DNA of 64,000 nucleotides from Callorhinchus milii (lineage: Eukaryota), in contig NW_024704742.1 of the NCBI RefSeq assembly GCF_018977255.1, positions 88,290,001 through 88,354,000 of the forward strand, in the 5' to 3' direction. Position numbers and translations under genes: made by a program. Positions within the stretch are counted from its first letter, which is position 1. The number at the start of each line of letters is the position of its first letter. The notes beneath the pieces are model-generated. The model searched no databases, had not been told where the DNA came from, and saw only the letters and a program-made list of their open reading frames with translations. Positions 12,850 through 26,369 of the stretch are shown one piece after another.

Positions 12850-13252
12850 CAGCCTGGCTCAATTGGTAGCAATCTCACCTCTGAGCCAGAAAATTGTGGA
12901 CTCAAGCCCACATCCGGACTTGGAACTCATATAGTCTTGGTTCACACTCCATTGCAGGTTTGGGGAAATGCTGTATTTTCTGAGATGCCTTCCTTCGGAT
13001 GAGATGTTAAACTGAAGTCCTGTTTGCCTGTTCAGGTGGAAGTTAAAGACTATTTGAAAAAGATAAATGAGTTTCTCGTGAGGTCCTGGCTGATAATCCC
13101 CCAGATAAAATTGGTCACTTACTCCATGGCTGTTTGTGGTACATTGTGGTTTGCAAAATGCCCTCCATGTTCAAAATACACAACACTATACAATAATTCC
13201 TGTGACGCTCTTGACGTGAAAGGCACTATATCAATGTAAAGATTACTATTTT
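12850..13252 (+). mobile_element. Full-length Deu-domain SINE
   Basis: tRNA-like head TGGCTCAATTGGTAGC...CTCTGAGCCAGAA, Deu core, tail. Confidence 0.8.
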
Positions 13253-13502
13253 AAGGTAGAACTATTACTTTGTTACAAATCATGTACAATCTAATGATGA
13301 CTGATTATGATCATCCGAATAATAATCCTTGCATTTGATATAGTGCCTAGAATGTCAAAACAACGCAAAGACTCTCACAGGTAATTGGTGTAAAGTGAAA
13401 TGAACTGCCTGATAATTATCACATTATTGTTAAATATAGACAACGAGGCCAGTCAGTAACTGAAGACAGTGATGATAATATAATAATCCTTGCATTTGTT
13501 AT

Positions 13503-13566
13503 AGGTTGTTGCAGTTATTTATAAAATATACAAAAACCCTGGAGAGAAAATGCTAATGGCCTTGTG
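13503..13566 (+). repeat. Direct copy of 14315-14379 embedded in a SINE tail
   Basis: AGGTTG-TGCAGTTATTTATAAA...AAAAACCCTGGAGAGAAAATGCTAATGGCC-GTG present at both positions. Confidence 0.85.
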
Positions 13567-14521
13567 CGCCTTATTACGTCTTCATGATGTCTCACAGAAT
13601 ATACTGTGAAGTGAACTGACTGTATATTTTGTGGGCGAAACGCGGACACAAGTGAGATTCAGATGATAAAAGCTCTTCGAATCATTTGATCTTATTTTTC
13701 CAGAATACCTATCCTGCCATCTTCCCATCCCAGCATCAAGCTGTTCTTTAAATCAACTGATTGTGGGTAAAGTCACTCTACCCCCCACCACCCTAACTAT
13801 GTCATGGTGGTTGGTGCAATAGACATCTAGAGGCAGCCATTGGACATACTGGTTTGGGAATCGTAGTGTTGGGAGTACTGGTTTGTGGGACACCGTTTTA
13901 ACTTAGACTCTTTTTGTGAACTGAGCAGAATTCAAGATAGTGGAGCTCAGTGCTTTTCAAGAAATATTGAGCGCGCTAGTATATTCAGAATAAACTATTA
14001 CTCACCCACAAAATTTACAGTCAATTCACTTTACAGTATATTCTGTGAAACGCTTTGAGGTGTCTTGAAGACATGCAAGGATTATTATTATTTTAACAGG
14101 AATCCCCGACACTTTAGAGTTAAGCCTTGGTACGCGCAAATCTCAGCCTATGATAAGTGCTTTTTTAATTTAATGTAATGTAATGTAATGTAATGGTCTG
14201 TCGAAAAATATTTAAAGGCTTATTTTCCTGGATTAATTAAACTCATTTACTTTGTGAACTTCTGAAATGTTTGGCGATCCAAAAAAATGATGTGAATTCT
14301 TTGGTGGGGTGGAGAGGTTGGTGCAGTTATTTATAAATTTATAAAAAAACCCTGGAGAGAAAATGCTAATGGCCTGGTGTGTGCCTCATCATTTTTCTAA
14401 ATTGCCATCCAACTCAACAGCTCATGTTTCAGGTTGACACTCCAGGGTCAGTCCTGGGGGAGCACTGCATTGGTGTCTTTTGGATGAAGTGTTAAACCAA
14501 GGTCCCATCAGCCTGTTCTTC

Positions 14522-14720
14522 AATGTTTTGGGTGGTCAGCCGGGTGTCTGACACATGCGGAAACCCATCACTATGCTGAAGAGTATCCAAACCAAACGGA
14601 AGGTTCCATTCATCCCATCTACACATGGAAATCCCAGAGAGAGATTGTTGCAATGGAAGGCGCATTCTCTCCCTGGAGGGACACATCCTGCTTACCTAAT
14701 TCAAGAAAATATTAGGCCTA
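14522..14720 (-). mobile_element. Family X 3' half
   Basis: GGTCAGCCGGGTGTCTGACACATGCGGAAACCCATCAC...GAGTATCCAAACC...GGAGGGACACATCCTGCTTA. Confidence 0.65.
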
Positions 14721-15338
14721 GGTTTCTCATCAAATCCCTTATGAAACATTGCACTTTTCACCACAGAGTAAATTGGAAACCAATGCGTGGTGTTTAAGAG
14801 AAAGACATCCATAAGAAATGCTTGTGTATGGAAAGGCTGCAGTTTAGAGGTAATGTATTGGGAAGGTTGAGGTTCCTGCTGGGAAGCTGCCACTGTTGCT
14901 GGCTTGGCTGCTGATAAATGCTCACCTACTTTTGGACTGCCCATTCTGTGGGACTTCAAGTTCACTGCATTATTTTCCGTATCTGTTACTGTTATGTTCT
15001 ACTGATCCCAGTGTGCTGTAATGGTGCTAGCCTGTATGTAGGAATCTCTCACGGCAAAACTGTTTGTGGAGGAAGATATATTTTTCACCCTGGCTCTGTG
15101 GCTGCACAAATGCCATGGGGAATGTACAGTAAATGAATCAATCTATCGCAGAGCCAAAGCCTGACAAATAGTATGGGTTTTGTATTTCCCACACAATCCT
15201 TCTGAAAATGCTCAGCGCTCTCAATTCTCTTCTCCGCTCTGCTCAGCCTCTGCTCCAGGAACCACAGTGAAAAGGTCTGTTAGACCTTGTCACTTGACTC
15301 ACTTCTTAGCCAGAGCAGTAAATAAGGCTAAGAGGCAG

Positions 15339-15940
15339 CATAGAATCATAGAAATTTACAGCGCAGAAGAAGGCCATTCAGCCCATCAAGTTTAGACTGG
15401 TCCTCAGAGCAAGCTGCACTTTCAATCCCATTGCTGTGCCCTATCCTAACCCCAAACCCCTTCAAGCCTCTAACCTTCATATACCTGTCTACTTCCCTCT
15501 TGAAACCAACAATGGACCTTACTTGGCAGGGCATTCCACATCCCAACAACTCTCTGTGGGGAAAAAAAATTCTCTGAACCTCCCCTTTCACTCCTTTTGT
15601 GGCTAGCTTATAACTATGTGCCCTAGTCACTGATTCCCCTATCAGTGAAAATAGCTTCCTCCTGATTCACCCTGTCAAAACCCTTCATAATTTTGAATAC
15701 CTCTATCAGGTGTCTTCTCAACTCCAACAAAAACAGACCCAACTTCTCCAATCTCTCTTCATAACTATAACTCCTCAACCTTGGTATAATTCTTGTAAAT
15801 CTCCTCTGTATCTCCTCTAAGGCCTTGACATCCTTCCTCAAATGAGTAGCCCAAAGCTAGTTGCATTACTCCAGTTGCGGCCAAACCAATGTTTTGTATA
15901 AACTCAGCATTATTGCTTTACTTTTGTATTCTATCCTCCT
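15339..15940 (-). mobile_element. CR1 LINE 3' fragment
   Basis: Minus-strand RKDVKALEEIQRRFTRIIPRLRSYSYEERLEKLGLF and TRAHSYKL; tail CATAGAATCATAGAA...AGGCCATTCAGCCC on the + strand. Confidence 0.88.
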
Positions 15941-16150
15941 TGGGGGGAGGTAAGCGGGGTCTTCCTGGAGCTAAACTGGATCAAGGGAATCCTCCCACTC
16001 AGCTCCTGTTAACCCTGCAAGCCAAAGCTTTAATGTGAAGAGTGGTCCTATCTGAATGAGCAGCGGGAAAGCTTGTCAGACAATGGCAAGCTATGCCGAT
16101 AGTTGGTTCGACTCCACTGCATATTCTGGGGTCCCCAATCCTTGGCGTTA
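15940..16150 (+). mobile_element. Family X 5' half
   Basis: CCTTGGGGGGAGG...TGCAAGCCAAAGC...GTGGTCC...AGCTTGTCAGACA-ATGGCAAGCTATGC matches 37270-37415. Confidence 0.55.
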
Positions 16151-16874
16151 GTACATCACAGGTGTTAGGGGCCAAATGACTTCTTTCTGCACTGATATTT
16201 ATTTGATTTTATGGATTTTTACTTGACATCTGCTCCAAAGGTTTATCAACTACAAGCCATCATATGGTATCTATTCCATATTGTTTATTGGGTTGTGTAC
16301 AAGCTCATTAAAATGCAATGACTGGCTCCTAATGAGTAGACTCTTTTTGTTTCCCCATTAATCTAACATCATAATTAGTAGCATTATCCAGTAACACACC
16401 ATATGGTAATTTTCATTTCTCTTAAAGTGGAGTGGCAGCTCAGTTTGTCCAAAAAAATAACGACGGACTCTATTAAAATTCCCTTTCCTATCATCAAGCT
16501 GGGAGTGAGCAAATTATGTAAGCCTGAAGGAGTAGCATCAATAATCATTAGGTGAGAATTTTAGGGCAGTCACGTCTGCCTGTTATCAGCTCTTTGAGAG
16601 CGTGCATAATAACAATAATGTCTCAAAGCAATTCACAACATTTACTGTAAAGTGGAGTGGCTGTATTTTCTGGGCAAATGAGGAAACCAGTTTGCATGCG
16701 GCAATGTCCCACAAACAGCCATAAAGTGAAAAAAAAGTTATTTGAGAGGAACTCCCAATGGGATAACAACAACAATAGCTTGCAATTATATAATGCCATT
16801 CACACGGGGTAGGATCCCGGAGCCTTAACAGTGGTGGTGTCTGTCATTTGGCGGAGTCTGACGTTTGACAATGG

Positions 16875-17112
16875 TGGCGTCTGATCTCAGTTTAACGCTT
16901 CATTTGAAGGACAGCACCTCCAACAATGCAACACACGACCACCACCACCAACCAACTTGCATTTATCAAGAGCTCTTCATGGAGGATAGCATCTGAGAGC
17001 GCTGTATTGGAGTATCAGCCTAGATTATATGAGTTCCACGTCCTAATGTGGGGCTTGAACCCACAACCTCTTGTTCAGACATGATGGTGCTACCAACTGA
17101 GTCAGGCTGACA
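16875..17112 (-). mobile_element. Deu-domain SINE 5' part with a short nested L2 tail
   Basis: GTTTAACGCTTCATTTGAAGGACAGCACCTCC...GGCTTGAACCCACAACC...GCTACCAACTGAGTCA. Confidence 0.65.
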
Positions 17113-17134
17113 CGTGATCCCAGCCTCCACCATA

Positions 17135-18342
17135 CAACAACAACAAGATTACATTTGTATAGCACCTTTCACATCGGGAGGACGTCCCAAGGTGCTGGAC
17201 AGTGTACAGCATTTCAGACCCGAGCTGGGATTGGGGGGAGAAGGGAGAGGAGGGGAAGGGGAGTGGCCGATGGCAAGGTTGAAGAGGAGGGTCTTGAGGT
17301 GGGACTTGAAGGAGGCTAAGGAGGGGGCGAGGCGGAGTGACTGGGGGATGGAATTCCAGAGGTTGGGGGCAGAGTTGCTGAAGGCTCTACTGCCAATGGT
17401 GGGGCGGGTGGGTCAGGGGACGTGGAGCAGACCGGAGCCGGCTGAGCGGAAGGAGTGGGCGGGCTGGTAGGGGATTGGGAAGTCACAGAGGTAGGATGGG
17501 GCAAGGCTATGGAAGGCTTTGTATGTGAGGAGCTGGATCTTGAACTGGATCCTCTGAAGGATAGGGAGCCAATTGACTCAGGCGAGAGTGGGGTAGATGG
17601 GGTCACGACGTTTGGTGAGGGAGAGGACACGGGCTGCAGAGTTCTGGATTATCTGCAGCCTGTGGAGGGAGGAGTTGGGAAGGCTGACAAGCAGGGCGTT
17701 TGCATAGTCGAGCCTGGAGGTGATGAAGGCATCAACAAGAGTTTCGGTGGCCTGAGGGGCGAGGTAGTGGCGGAGTCGGGTGATGTTACGGAGGTGAGGG
17801 AAGGCAGAGCAGGTCATGGCTTGAATGTGGGGAAGAAAAGACAGTTGAGGGTCGAACAAGACACCTGGGTTCCTGACTGGTTTTGGTGAGTTGTAGTGAG
17901 CAACCATGGAGGTTGATGCTGCCAGAGCCTGAGGTGCAGAGGTGTTGGGGGAGCCAATCAGGAGGTCCTCTGTCTTGTTCACATTCAACTGTAGGAAATT
18001 TGCCCTCATCCAGAACTTGATGTCCAACAGGCAGTGGACGCAGAAAAATAGAGTTGGGTGTCATCCGCACACATGTGGAAGTTGACCCCATGTCTGCAGA
18101 TGATGTCACCAAGGAGAAGCATGTAGATATTAAAGAGGAGAGGGCCAAGGACAGAGCCCTGGGGGACGCCAGATGTGACAGTGCGGGGACTGGAGGAGAA
18201 ACCGTTAGAGGCAACAAAGTGGAGACGGTGAGAGAGATAGGAATTGAATCAATCAAAGGCAGGTCCATGAAGATTGAGTAAAGAGGAGAGGCGATGTATG
18301 AGGATGGAGTGGTCGACGGTATTGAAGGTGGCAGAGAGGTCG
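17135..18342 (-). mobile_element. 5'-truncated L2 LINE (RT C-terminal half to tail)
   Basis: Minus-strand [39 protein letters not shown] and ADDTQL-like segments; (CAA)n tail at 17135. Confidence 0.9.
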
Positions 18343-18756
18343 TACATCCCTATTGTCTATTCAGATTGTGAGTGTCTCCAGGCACCGATCACTTATCGAG
18401 CATATCCTGTCAAGAGAGCAGAACTTTTACAGAAGAGTCACCCCAAGCCACCATCTGCCTTGTTCAACAGCTATTTTACTGCAAACAGTGCAACACGCTG
18501 GCAACAAGCTGATATTTCACAGGTGCACAGAATATGTCTTTTGTTTTCAATGGTGTGAAATAATACCTCAGGGATTATATAAATACCGTTTCCACCCTCA
18601 TTATAAGTACACGTACGTCACCAAAGTGCAACAAAAAGCACAAGAGGAATTTCACCCTAGTAAATGTAGGTCTGATGTGAGGCACATACATCCTCATGGC
18701 AAGTTGTAGGGTATAAATTTCAGAATACATGGCAGGAGGTCTCAGAGTTATCCTTA

Positions 18757-19184
18757 ACAATAATCCTTACATTTGGTGTAGCACTATTCATGTCAGGAGG
18801 ACGTCCCAAAGCGCTTCACATCATATACTGTAAAGTGATGCGACTGTGTGTTTTGTGTGGTAGTCAATATGTGCACTTCAACATTCCACAAACAGCCATG
18901 AAGTGAGCAACCAATTTTATTTGGGGGATTATTGTCCAGGACACCAGGAGAAACGCCCTTCTCTTCTCAAATAATGCCATGAGATCTTTAACATCCACTT
19001 GAAGAGGCAGACAGGACCTTGATTTAACATCTCACCCAAAGTACCTCTGTCAATGCAACAACCACCCCAGCACTGCATCGGGGTGTCAGCTTAGAAACTA
19101 TGTGATTTCAAGTCCCGACTTGGGGCTTGAACTTACAATCTCTGACTCAGAGGCGAGAGTGCTATAAAATGAGCTAGGCTGACA
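18757..19184 (-). mobile_element. Full-length Deu-domain SINE
   Basis: Tail at 18757, GCCATGAGATCTTTAACATCCAC, head CTGACTCAGAGGCGAGAGTGCTA. Confidence 0.82.
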
Positions 19185-20115
19185 GACCTTTCAATTGAGG
19201 AACTGTGCACAGGATATGTGACTCCTGCAATACAATCAGTCTTCGATGCATGCCATGGCACATGGCAAACCATGCAAAGTTCTGAATGTTACCTACAATG
19301 AAAATAGTGGCCAATGTTCAGCTTTGCTTTGCTTTAAGCAAATTACATCCCGTGTAAGATGCACGGAGGCAGCTATAGAAATTGACAGAATGGAAGGCAA
19401 TAAACACATCACAGTGCAAAGAATTGCCTGAGAATAAAACAAACTGAATGAATAAGACTTGTGAGGAGCATTCATTCAAACATATGGAACCAGAGCAAAA
19501 ATGGACAGAGGTCAGGGTGAGAAATGTGATACGTCATAGCAATATCCTAGTTATTTACTGGAAAAATATGTGTATTGAGTTTGGATTAAAATGTTCCCTG
19601 ATAGAAGGTGAAAGCACTGTATAAGATGTTGCTAAAGATTCCACCTTCTCTACATCTTCTCCTCCTGACTAAGTGCCCCCATTTCTGTGCCCCCCCATCC
19701 CTCACGACTCCCACTTACTCAATTCTTCTTGACAATGCTGTACCCTCACCACCAGCCTCGCATCCCACTCCAGCTCAGGTATGGAGCCATTATTGCCAGC
19801 TGCTTTGAGACATCTTCCCGATTTGAAAGGTGCTATATAAAGTAAATTGTATTGTACCCTCCTGTTAATCCTGATTGTTCTACAGTTTATGTACAAAACT
19901 ATCGTCCACTACAATCCCTTCAAAACATTTCACGTGATATAATTTCACTGCAATCCTTGAGAATCAAACGGGAGGCTTGATCAGCAGGTAGCACTCTCGA
20001 CTTTAAGTGAGAAGGTTCTGGGTTTAAACATTCCTCGTTAATTAAGGCTGATACTCTGATGCAGTACTGGGGTACACTGGATTGCTGGAGAGTGCATAGA
20101 ATTAACTTGAGCGAG

Positions 20116-20152
20116 GTGCTCAAGACTGTCAGTGCTCAAGACTGTCAGTGCT
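20116..20152. repeat. Short tandem duplication (period 16)
   Basis: GTGCTCAAGACTGTCA x2 followed by GTGCT. Confidence 0.8.
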
Positions 20153-20979
20153 GATATCAAGGCTGCAAGAGACATACTCATTTGCAATACATTGAGGATG
20201 CAATTCAACCTCCTGACTGTAACTCATTCTTTCCCAGCCCTTCAATGCTGTGGACCTCCCTCCTTACCTACCTCAAGACTTTCCTCCTAAATATGCAGCC
20301 TTTTGAAACACCAACCTAGATCACTTCTTATTTTATCTCTTCTTTCCTACTCTTCTCAACATTGGCCACGTCGTACACTGCTGATCTTGGCTTTTCATTT
20401 GGATTTCTCAATCTAAAAAACACAACAGGACTCCGTTTTACATTGCATTGGCAAGGCTCTGCTGTAGCATTCTTTGCAATTCAAGGAATGATTGTGCAAT
20501 CTGAAGCAGTCATTCTCTTCTAATTTTTAAAAGCTTTATTTTATATTTGATGCAGCCGAGGCAATGACTAAAGTGGTAAGCTTCGGTATTATTTTTCTAA
20601 TAGTGGACCCCCTCCCCACCAATGAATGGCTCATAGAGTACAGAAACGTTTTGCAACCTGGTATTGAAAGGCACTGTATAAAAATAAATTGTTACTTGTT
20701 AAAATACATTTTCTAAATGATTATAGGTCCAAGAATCAGAAGTTTTTTTAAAAAAACTTCAGAACCTCAAAGTTTTTCTAAACGCCAGAATTTCAAGTCC
20801 ATTTGAAGATTCGATCCATTCATGTTTTAGTCCCGTAATTCCACCTAGTTTTAGCTGGTAAGATCATTTTGTCTTAAAATTTAAAATCATATAGAATTGA
20901 GGATATTTCTTAAATCTGGTCTTTCATTTGGAAGTCTCTTTTCTTGAAAACCCAGCTTCCAAACAAAAGAATTTAAGAA

Positions 20980-21210
20980 TTATAATAATAATCCGTGCAT
21001 TTGTTATAACGCTTTATCACGTCATTGAGACGTCTCAAAGTGTTTCACAGAATATATTGTAAAATGAATCGATTTTATATCTTGTGGGCGAAATGCGGCA
21101 GCCAATTGTACACAGCAGTGTCTCACAAACAGTCATGGATTGAGTGACCAAATTATTACTATATTATTATTTTTTGAAAGGATTATGATCCACGGAAAGC
21201 GATCCATGAA
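20980..21210 (-). mobile_element. tRNA-Ala SINE 3' half
   Basis: Tail and body GCGGCAGCCAATTG...CACAAACAGTCATGGATTGAGTGACC. Confidence 0.75.
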
Positions 21211-22489
21211 TCGGCAATTTGTCCACAATTCTGGGCGATCTTAAATTGAAGTCAAAACAAACTGAAGAACTTAGATCCAAAAAAATTTCAGAATTCTTAT
21301 GGTTTAAATGACACCAGATTGGAGCAAACGAGCACGCCCTAAACCCTTTTATAATCTATATAAACCAAATGGACTCCCGCTGCCAACCCTCGTCACAGAT
21401 TGGTTGCTGTGAAAAATGACTGCTCCCGTGCAGCATGCCAGAACACTTTGTGTATTGCATATTTATTTTACAGAGTATATTGTAAATTTCTTTGTTGGCT
21501 CACTTACTGAAACTATTGTAATTACCTGCTACCACAGTGAATGGATGAGAACATTAGCTTTGCCATGTTCTTCCTCCCGTGATTTGCTCTACATTAAACA
21601 GCATGTGGCAACTTTATACCACCAATTTAGAAGCAGCTGCATAAATAATCAAATGCAGCAGAGTTATTGGCATTTGTTAAAAAAGTTTTAAACGGAGCCT
21701 TGTTGAATGCGAATGATGGAACACCTAGGGTAGTTCTTGGCACAGACTCTACCTGTGAAGTCATGCTCATTTGTGCCAGTCAACTGCATGAAGGCTTGTC
21801 ATGGCAACTTTAAAAGTCAGCTAAATGCCGAAATGTACGCAGCTATCACTCCGTCCAGGTCAGCCTGCACCTTACGAGCATTACTGATACGTTATCCTCT
21901 CCAGGTGTCAAAAAATCACGAGTGAAATTGGGAAGATATTTCGGAAGAGATTCTGTGTGATAATTATCATGGACTCTCCCAACTTGCCCTCTGTTTTCGG
22001 TCGCCTTACTTTTAAAGTCTGAGCCAAGCGTTTGGTGCAAATATCAAACATTCAAATGACTGAAAATATAAACCCAACATGAACATTGTATTCTGTTCAA
22101 TTCCTCCGTGTTGAATAGCTCGAGTAAATAGTGGTTTTATTTTTAATAGCGACAGAAAAACATTTTGGTTGCATTACTTCCCCTCCTCTCCCTCCACAAT
22201 TAGCAATGGTAAAGAAGTTCTATGCTTTGGAAGTTCTATGCTGGGAAGGCCAAAATGACACAGAAATCCATATTAATGGATTGGCTGAGACAGAGATTTC
22301 CTAACTCAAGCCAAGTTGAAGCCAGGCCAAGAGTCTGGGTTGGCTCTGAGAGACAAAATTCAAGTTTAGCAAAGCAAAGAAAAAGCAAAGCTCTCTTTCT
22401 CTGTCTCTCTCTTTCTCTCTCGCTCCTCCCCGTACCCTGTGTAACATATTGTACTTTCCTCAGGCAACCTATGATGACTGCTTCTTAAC

Positions 22490-22830
22490 AACATAATGAA
22501 AAAGGCTATTTCACCCGTTGAACTTCATTCCTCTACTACCCCAGCTGACCCTGTGAAATGACTGCACCTTTCTTTTGATGTGCCTAATGTTTTTTGTTGC
22601 TTTACCACCCCAAAATTATTTCCAATTTTTAAGGATTCTTTTTCCAAAAATATTTTATCACTGTTTAAATGAATGTCCTCTGGTCCAACATTCATGGTTT
22701 GGTGGGTGAATTATGTATTTGCATTTGATCTGTTGAAAAGTTTGTCTCTATTTGACCTTACTCATGACAGGAGTTTAAAGCGATCAAGAGAGGTGTCTTA
22801 TTACTTAAATGCTACAATATCACAAAAGGA
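22490..22830 (-). mobile_element. Very degenerate CR1 3' fragment
   Basis: AAAAGGCTATTTCACCC tail-like start and TTTGTCTCTATTTGACCTT...TTTAAAG motifs. Confidence 0.35.
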
Positions 22831-25227
22831 GCTACCTTACGTGATTCAGAGTCTTATACTGCAGGATTTCAATTGCGCTCATCCGATATTCAGTACAAGT
22901 GGAGCTTTGCACGTATAAAATAAAGCACGTGCACTGAACTCCACTGAACCAATGTTGAATACTGGTTAATTTGTAATGTTAATTAGCCAGCATTGGCGCT
23001 GAAACTTGAATAGTGCTGAGAACTTAAAAACGTTCCAGCAACCATACAGCAAGCTCCAAGCTTCAAAACTTTTTACATTTGAAGGCTGTTTCCGTGTCTC
23101 CTGGCCCCATCGGACGGAAGTTGTATGACAGCCAAAGTCAGGAACATAAAAGGGTTTGATGTTGAAGCAATGTAGGGGTAAAATGGTCCATATTCCTTGT
23201 GTTAATCAGCACAGGGAAAGGGTTCTAGAGGGGTTCAAATGCTTACCCCTAAGTTTTAAGTATGAAACAGAAAAATGCTGGCATATTGAGCTCACAGTCT
23301 AGGCCTAAATAATGATGCTTGCACTTGGTATAGTGCCTTTCATGTCGTGAAGACATCCCAAAGTGCTTCTGTGAAGTAGAATGACTGTATATTTATGGGT
23401 GAATGACTACACCCCAGTAATAATAATCCTTGCATTTGAAACGTCTCAAAGCGCTTCACAAAATATGACCCAGAAGTACAGTGCACTGCATTGACAGAGT
23501 TGGTACAACTGGCACAAGGCCTGAATGAATGAGAGACTAGCAGCCTCACGGTGGTCTCCAAACATGCCTACGAATCGGGTTCTATCCAAATGTTGGAGCT
23601 GTACTACACAGTTGGCATTATTTCGACATAGAAACCACATCGAATCAACACAAACTGTATCATGCAACTGCATCATAAATATGAAACACTAACAAACAGA
23701 AGCAGCATGTGTAGCATATATTTCTGTATAATGGGATCAATGCTGGAAACTATGCTCTGTGCGTGATCCAACTAATTCACTGCAGGGAGTCAGTATGACC
23801 TCGCTTGTCTGGTTCCTTAGCTATTTTGAAACTCAGAGGTGAAAATTTTCGATGCGCCTTAATTTTTTTTTGATGCATTACCAAACCTGCTGAAAAACAT
23901 GGTAACTTCATATCAATTAACCAAAGACAACAACAACAACAAGATTCCATTTATAGAGCGTCTTTCACATCGGGAGGACGTCCCATTCACCACCTTGCTT
24001 CCCCCAGAGCACTGATTGTCACAATGTTTGAGCCCAGATTTGAGCCACAAGTTTCAGTGCTGCCATTGTTATTGACGACTGTGATGTTTCAGTGCTGCTT
24101 CATCGATATTGGCTTAATTCAAGCTGAGTTAGTCCGGTGTCCTGTGAAGGGACACTGCTCTGCAGTCAGCAAAGTTGGGAGTGGGGGTGTGGGGGGGGTG
24201 TGGTGGGGGGGGGGGGGGGGTTGAGAGCAGAAGAAGCTTCACATTCTGCAACCAGTCTTCAACAATAACACATTGGATCTGTTAAGAAGCATTGCAGTTT
24301 TCACCTAATTCAATTCTGCTTCAAAGCAACCCGACTTCAATGAAGAGGTCAATTCCCAAACCAAAACCTTAATTCCCCCATAAAAACCATCAATAAAGAC
24401 TGAAAAACCAGTGGAAGACTAGGGACTGTTTCTCGAGGCCCTTTGCCTTCCAGACCATCCATTCTTCTACCAACTTGTCTGTCTGCCTAACCTGCCAACT
24501 GTCTCCGAATTCCAAGTCTCCGCATCTTCTCTGAGTTTCCTGCAAGGTTCCCAATAAAGCACATTCTGTAACGCAACTATGCAACATTAGCCTCATTTCT
24601 CTTGCCAACTGGGATTGTGACATTCTCAAATAATTAAATGGATTTGCTTGACACGATTAAGCTACCCTGTCCCACTGGAGCCTAATATATCATTTTCCAT
24701 TTATGAAAATACTCCTGGATTATGATAGCTTTCAAGTTTCCCTACCACAAGCTAAACCAACCAATACAGGATTTCCAGGGTCATGCTTCTTAAATGTGAC
24801 ATTCAAATGATCTGTTCCAATGATCTACTGTCTCGTGTGCTGCATGACAGCTCAAACCGTACACACCAGATACATCCCATTTCCTCCAAGCGTTTTGAGG
24901 CATCATCTCAACATGAAAGGATTTATATAACAACAACAAATTGCACTTAAATAGTGCCCTCTACACAGGGTAGCGTCTCAGAGTGCTATATAAATGTACA
25001 TTGTATTATTACTTTAAGACACAAAGGTATGTGCTGCTTCAATCTGGGAGTTTCAGTGATTGCTCTAATTTACTAACAAAAAGTCTCTTGTTGCCCTTTT
25101 AATTCCACTTGATAAATGGGCAGCTCTCTCTCTCCCCATCTACCAACAATAGCAGTTTCCATGTGATCATATTATTAATCAGGCCTGATTTATTTTGACA
25201 ACAAAATAAAATACTAATTTACATGTA

Positions 25228-25729
25228 CAGTAAATTCCTGATAACTTGACCCTGCCTTAATTTGTCACTATAATAATAATAATAATAATCCTTGCATTTG
25301 AATAGCGCTTTTCACGTCGGGAGGACGTCCCAAAGCGCTTTACAGAACACACTGTAAAGTGAATTGACTGTATATTTGTGGGCGAACGCGGCAGCCAATT
25401 GCGCACAGCAATGTCCCACAAACAGCCGTAGATTGAAAATGACCAATTTATTATTGTTTTTGGTTTTGGAGGGATTATTATTAGGCGTGTGGAGTAAGGA
25501 AACTTGCCCAAGGTTTCGCCCTGTGCCTGGAATTGAACTCAGGTCTCTCGCTTGCAAAGCGAGTGCTCTAACCACTGAGCTACAGGACTCCACAATCACT
25601 TAAGTTATCATGCTATCAATATCCTGGCACATTTATTTATGTATTCATACACATGCCTAACTCGCCATCCCTAATAAATCATCACTGAGCCCTTTTCCCT
25701 TTGAGTGACGAGTTATCAGGAGTTTACTG
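25228..25729. mobile_element. Tc1/mariner (pogo/Tigger-like) MITE hosting a SINE
   Basis: TIRs CAGTAAATTCCTGATAACTTG at 25228 and CGAGTTATCAGGAGTTTACTG ending at 25729; TA on the left, TG on the right. Confidence 0.72.
25270..25593 (-). mobile_element. Young tRNA-Ala SINE inserted in a Tc1/mariner-type MITE
   Basis: Same family; TCACT repeated at both flanks. Confidence 0.92.
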
Positions 25730-26009
25730 TGTATATATCACCTTTCGTGTCGGTAGGACATCTCAAGAATAATGGCTGAGTAACCGAGTTGGGGTGGGAG
25801 CTGAGGGGGTGGGAAGGGAGAAGATAACTGAATGTGAAGTCAAAAAGATACTTCTTGAGACAGACTTTGAACAAGGTGAGGGAGAGAGATCTGAGAACCA
25901 GGGTTCAATTGATGTTTAACAGGTTACTGATTGAGTCATTTACCTAAATTTTGAAACTGTTTTTCAGGCTTAAGTACATACAAAATTTCAGGCTTCAAAT
26001 TAGTACATA

Positions 26010-26369
26010 AAATAATAATAATAATCATAACAATCCTTGCATTTGATATATTGCCTTATCATGTCTTCAAGATGCCTCAAAGCGCTTCACAGAATATATT
26101 GTAAGGTGAATTGACTGTAAATTTTGTGGGTGAAATGCGGCAGCCAATTGGATTGAGGGACAAAATTATTTATTTATTATTTGAAGGGATTATTATTTCT
26201 TGAAAGTGATCCGTCAATCGACTAAGCACTGGGTTTCTACCTACTGCTAGGTAAGCACACTCGTGTGGAGTAAGGAAACTTGCCCAACTTTTCACCCTGC
26301 CCGGGAATCCAACCCATGTCCTCTCGCTTGCGAGGCAAGTGCTCTAACTACTAAGCTACAGGATTCCAC
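26010..26369 (-). mobile_element. Older tRNA-Ala SINE copy
   Basis: Full head-body-tail similarity to 4495-4836. Confidence 0.82.

Noticed and set aside
24175..24222. Long G-run with G-quadruplex potential
   Set aside because: Simple low-complexity tract with no supporting context; homopolymer length may be unreliable.
25257..25603. Recurrent 65-107 aa ORFs (MGKFPYST..., MTVYLWANAAANCAQQ...) seen at several loci
   Set aside because: They are translations of the same SINE sequence, not a gene family.
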